A stretch of DNA of 64,000 nt from Candidatus Bathyarchaeota archaeon. GTDB lineage: Archaea; Thermoproteota; Bathyarchaeia; Bathyarchaeales; Bathycorpusculaceae. Location of the stretch: NCBI GenBank assembly GCA_963775685.1, contig CAVZJV010000014.1, positions 1,216,001 through 1,280,000 of the forward strand, written 5' to 3'. The notes beneath the pieces were generated by a model that searched no databases, had not been told where the DNA came from, and saw only the letters and a program-made list of their open reading frames with translations. Position 1 is the stretch's first letter; every line of letters starts with the position of its first letter. Shown here one piece after another: positions 61,487 to 64,000 of this stretch. The position numbers and the translations under genes were made by a program.

Positions 61487-62155
61487 ATGGCAAAATTGAT
61501 TGAATTAAAGAAACTTTGGAAAAACGACTACTTCAAAACTGCAATCGCCATCTTCTTAGTCATCGTCATTGTAGTAGGGTTTTTCGTAGGTATAGAACTA
61601 GTTCTCAGTACAACGGTTCCGATAAGAGTTGTGGAGAGCGGTAGCATGTGCGTGCCCTTTGATGGCAGATGTGACGGCTGGAGCCATCCCTTTGATCAAA
61701 CATTGCATGTTGGCGACATAATAATTATTCAGCAGGTTACTCCAGCGGACCTAAAAGTTAACTACCCTAACAGCGACATCATCGTCTACAAAAATCCTAA
61801 CGGAATCACACCCATTGTTCACCGAATAGTTGAAAGACAAGAAATCAACGGCACACTTTATTTTAAAACCAAGGGCGATGGCAACGGACCTATAACTTAT
61901 CCTGCAGTTCCCAACTACTACGATAACATTCCTGATTCAAGAGGAGTTCCCCAAAACCTCATTGAAGGTAAAGTAATTTTGCGTATTCCATGGTTTGGTT
62001 GGATAACTCTTTTCATGAGGGGCAATTCTTGGGCTTTGCCTCTGGTTGTTGCGCTTATAGTTTTGCTTGTGGTTATCGAGTTTGTGATGCCTGTGATTAA
62101 GCAGAAAAGAAATAAGGCTGCAGCTCAACAGACCCAGAAAATTAATCAAGCATAG
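61487..62155 (+). CDS. Signal peptidase I (archaeal Sec11 type)
   Basis: SGSM, GDII, IVHRI, TKGD.N. Confidence 0.88.
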   Translation: MAKLIELKKLWKNDYFKTAIAIFLVIVIVVGFFVGIELVLSTTVPIRVVESGSMCVPFDGRCDGWSHPFDQTLHVGDIIIIQQVTPADLKVNYPNSDIIVYKNPNGITPIVHRIVERQEINGTLYFKTKGDGNGPITYPAVPNYYDNIPDSRGVPQNLIEGKVILRIPWFGWITLFMRGNSWALPLVVALIVLLVVIEFVMPVIKQKRNKAAAQQTQKINQA

Positions 62156-62224
62156 ATGTATTTATAAAGAAAGCATTTGATAAATGAACATTCAAGAAAG
62201 GCGATATGTAAGAGGAGAAATTGT

Positions 62225-62785
62225 TTGCCAAAGGTAAAAGCTTCAATAAGCGTAGAGAATGTGGTCGCTTCTGCAACTCTCAACCAGAAAGTCGATTTAA
62301 ACGCTGTTGTGAAAGGTTACCCAGGTGTCGAATATCGCCCTGAACAATTTCCCGGCTTAGTCTTTCGACTAAAACGCCCCAAGACTGCCACGTTAATCTT
62401 TAGTTCCGGAAAGATGGTGTGCACAGGCGCCAAATCTGAAAAAGAATCACGACGAGCCGTGATGAAGGTTGTTAAGGAACTTAAGAAAGGCGGCATAATA
62501 ATAATAAGCAAGCCAGAGATGAAAATCCAAAATATTGTAGCTTCAGGGAGCTTAGGAGGCATGATTGACTTGGAAAAAGCCGCTTACACCTTGGAGCATG
62601 CAATGTATGAACCTGAACAATTTCCCGGCTTAATTTATCGTATGGCGGAACCTAAAGTTGTGATTTTGCTTTTTGCCAGCGGAAAGTTAGTTTGTACAGG
62701 CGCCAAAAAAGAGCAGGATGTCTACGTTGCAGTGGATAAATTGCATACACTACTTGAAGATACAAGCCTAATATTCTACGAATAA
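62225..62785 (+). CDS. tbp: TATA-box-binding protein
   Basis: Two repeats NVVAS...Y.PEQFPGL...LIF.SGK.VCTGAK; TTG start after GAGGAG. Confidence 0.96.
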   Translation: MPKVKASISVENVVASATLNQKVDLNAVVKGYPGVEYRPEQFPGLVFRLKRPKTATLIFSSGKMVCTGAKSEKESRRAVMKVVKELKKGGIIIISKPEMKIQNIVASGSLGGMIDLEKAAYTLEHAMYEPEQFPGLIYRMAEPKVVILLFASGKLVCTGAKKEQDVYVAVDKLHTLLEDTSLIFYE

Positions 62786-62790
62786 ACCAG

Positions 62791-63432
62791 TTACTTCCGC
62801 TTTTTAGCCTGCTTTAAGATAGTCTTTAGGCTTTCCTCGTCTATTGCACCCATGTCAAAGAGTGTATTTGCGACGTCACTTACCTTCAGCAGTGCATGAA
62901 GTTTGATTCCGTTCTTCTCTAGCAACTCTTTTCCGCCTTCTTCGCGGTCCAAGAAAACAACCGCTTCCGTGACAACTCCACCTTCGGCACATACAGCATC
63001 TGCAGCTTTTTTAAGTGTCAAACCAGTAGTCAGCAAATCATCGATGAGCAAAACTTTGTCTCCTGAAACTAAGATTCCTTCCACTCTGCGTTCTCTCCCA
63101 TGCAGTCGGATACCTTTACGCACATAAAGGAAGGGCTTTTTGAGGTTGTAAGCGAGTTGGGACGCAAATGGGATTCCAGCTAGCGGTATAGCTGCGATGC
63201 GTTCAAAGTTTTTGTTGCCGATTTGGCTGGTTATGTAGTGGGCGTAGGATTCACAGATTTCATGGAAGGCATCGGGGAAACTGGGAATTACTCTTAGGTC
63301 GATATAATATGGGCTCGCTTTTCCGCTTGTGAGTTTGAAGACTCCAAATTTTATAGCATCGATTTTAAAGAGAATGTTTGCCATTCTCTCTTGCTGGGAC
63401 AGGCTTGAGTTTGGGGTTTTCATAATTTTCAC
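62791..63432 (-). CDS. pyrE: Orotate phosphoribosyltransferase
   Basis: FKLTSGK.SPYYIDLR, YVRK, IDDLLTTG, DREEGG. Confidence 0.93.
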   Translation of the reverse strand: MKIMKTPNSSLSQQERMANILFKIDAIKFGVFKLTSGKASPYYIDLRVIPSFPDAFHEICESYAHYITSQIGNKNFERIAAIPLAGIPFASQLAYNLKKPFLYVRKGIRLHGRERRVEGILVSGDKVLLIDDLLTTGLTLKKAADAVCAEGGVVTEAVVFLDREEGGKELLEKNGIKLHALLKVSDVANTLFDMGAIDEESLKTILKQAKKRK

Positions 63433-64000
63433 TCCCTCTTTGAAACCTGGTAAATCTTGTTTTGTTCAGGAATCAAGCATGCAGTCCGACGAAGCTCATT
63501 CTTGAGTAGTTCAGCAAACTCCCTCTGGCTTGCCGCTGTAGCCGTATGGTATGGAACGGCGATTTGTGGTTTAGTTAACCTTGCAATTTCAAAACCTGTT
63601 TGCGGTGTAGCACCTGGAGCAATGCCGACTGTGCAGAAAACAACATCAAAATTCTCTTTCAAGCCCAACTTTGCCAGCTCAGGGAATGGTAAGCTGTCCG
63701 CGGTGTGATAGACTTTGACTTTATCTTCGCTGGTTATGATGTAGGTTACTGGAGCTTGGGCGGGGTGGTTGCTTTTTTCTGCTTTTATGGAGACTTCGCC
63801 GATTTCTGTTTCCATTCCTGGTTTAATGGCTTGGAGTTTTTCTTTAGGGATGGCGAGCTGGAGTTTTTTTGCTGATGCAGCGTCAGCGATTACGGTGCAG
63901 TCTGTGGCTTTCTGGATGTCTGTGATTAAGGGTGGGTCTAGGTGGTCGTAGTGTTCGTGGGTGATGAGGATAGCGTCGATGTTTTGGAGTCTTTTGGCTT
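63429..64000 (-). CDS. Metallo-beta-lactamase-fold hydrolase (5' end outside window)
   Basis: Manual translation ILITHEHYDH in frame with the 63429-63815 ORF (YHTAD, PYH). Confidence 0.85.
   Translation of the reverse strand, partial: AKRLQNIDAILITHEHYDHLDPPLITDIQKATDCTVIADAASAKKLQLAIPKEKLQAIKPGMETEIGEVSIKAEKSNHPAQAPVTYIITSEDKVKVYHTADSLPFPELAKLGLKENFDVVFCTVGIAPGATPQTGFEIARLTKPQIAVPYHTATAASQREFAELLKNELRRTACLIPEQNKIYQVSKRE

Noticed and set aside
581-63951. Numerous 60-160 aa ORFs antisense to or nested in recognised genes
   Set aside because: Shadow frames of well-supported genes, with no independent motifs.

Overview
Archaeal chromosomal window, most consistent with Bathyarchaeia (purP/purC, hdrCB-mvhGA, TBP, a Cren7-like gene, tandem large surface beta-propeller proteins). 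Most of it is housekeeping and metabolism plus two intron-less tRNAs, Gln(CTG) and Arg(TCT). The main accessory feature is an ~8.9-kb tyrosine-integrase element (44623-53567) inserted inside the tRNA m2G10 methyltransferase gene. It is bounded by the 11-bp direct repeat ATTTGTATAGC. It supplies its own recoded, longer replacement C-terminus, and the native tail is stranded next to rnz. Inside the element, a PD-(D/E)XK-like nuclease ORF is bracketed by five copies of an unnamed motif (AATT-N19/20-[5-bp stem, 3-nt loop]-N8-TTGATA) whose stems change sequence but stay perfectly paired. Four copies form an ~80-bp tandem array and one is solitary. Other points of interest: lysine 2,3-aminomutase paired with an EctA-type rather than AblB acetyltransferase, a two-state structured RNA candidate at ~18.0-18.15 kb, a cdrS-like gene followed by a short orphan ORF instead of ftsZ, and several broken genes, clustered at 14.4-19.5 kb. 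All product calls are from motif recognition by eye; no searches were run.
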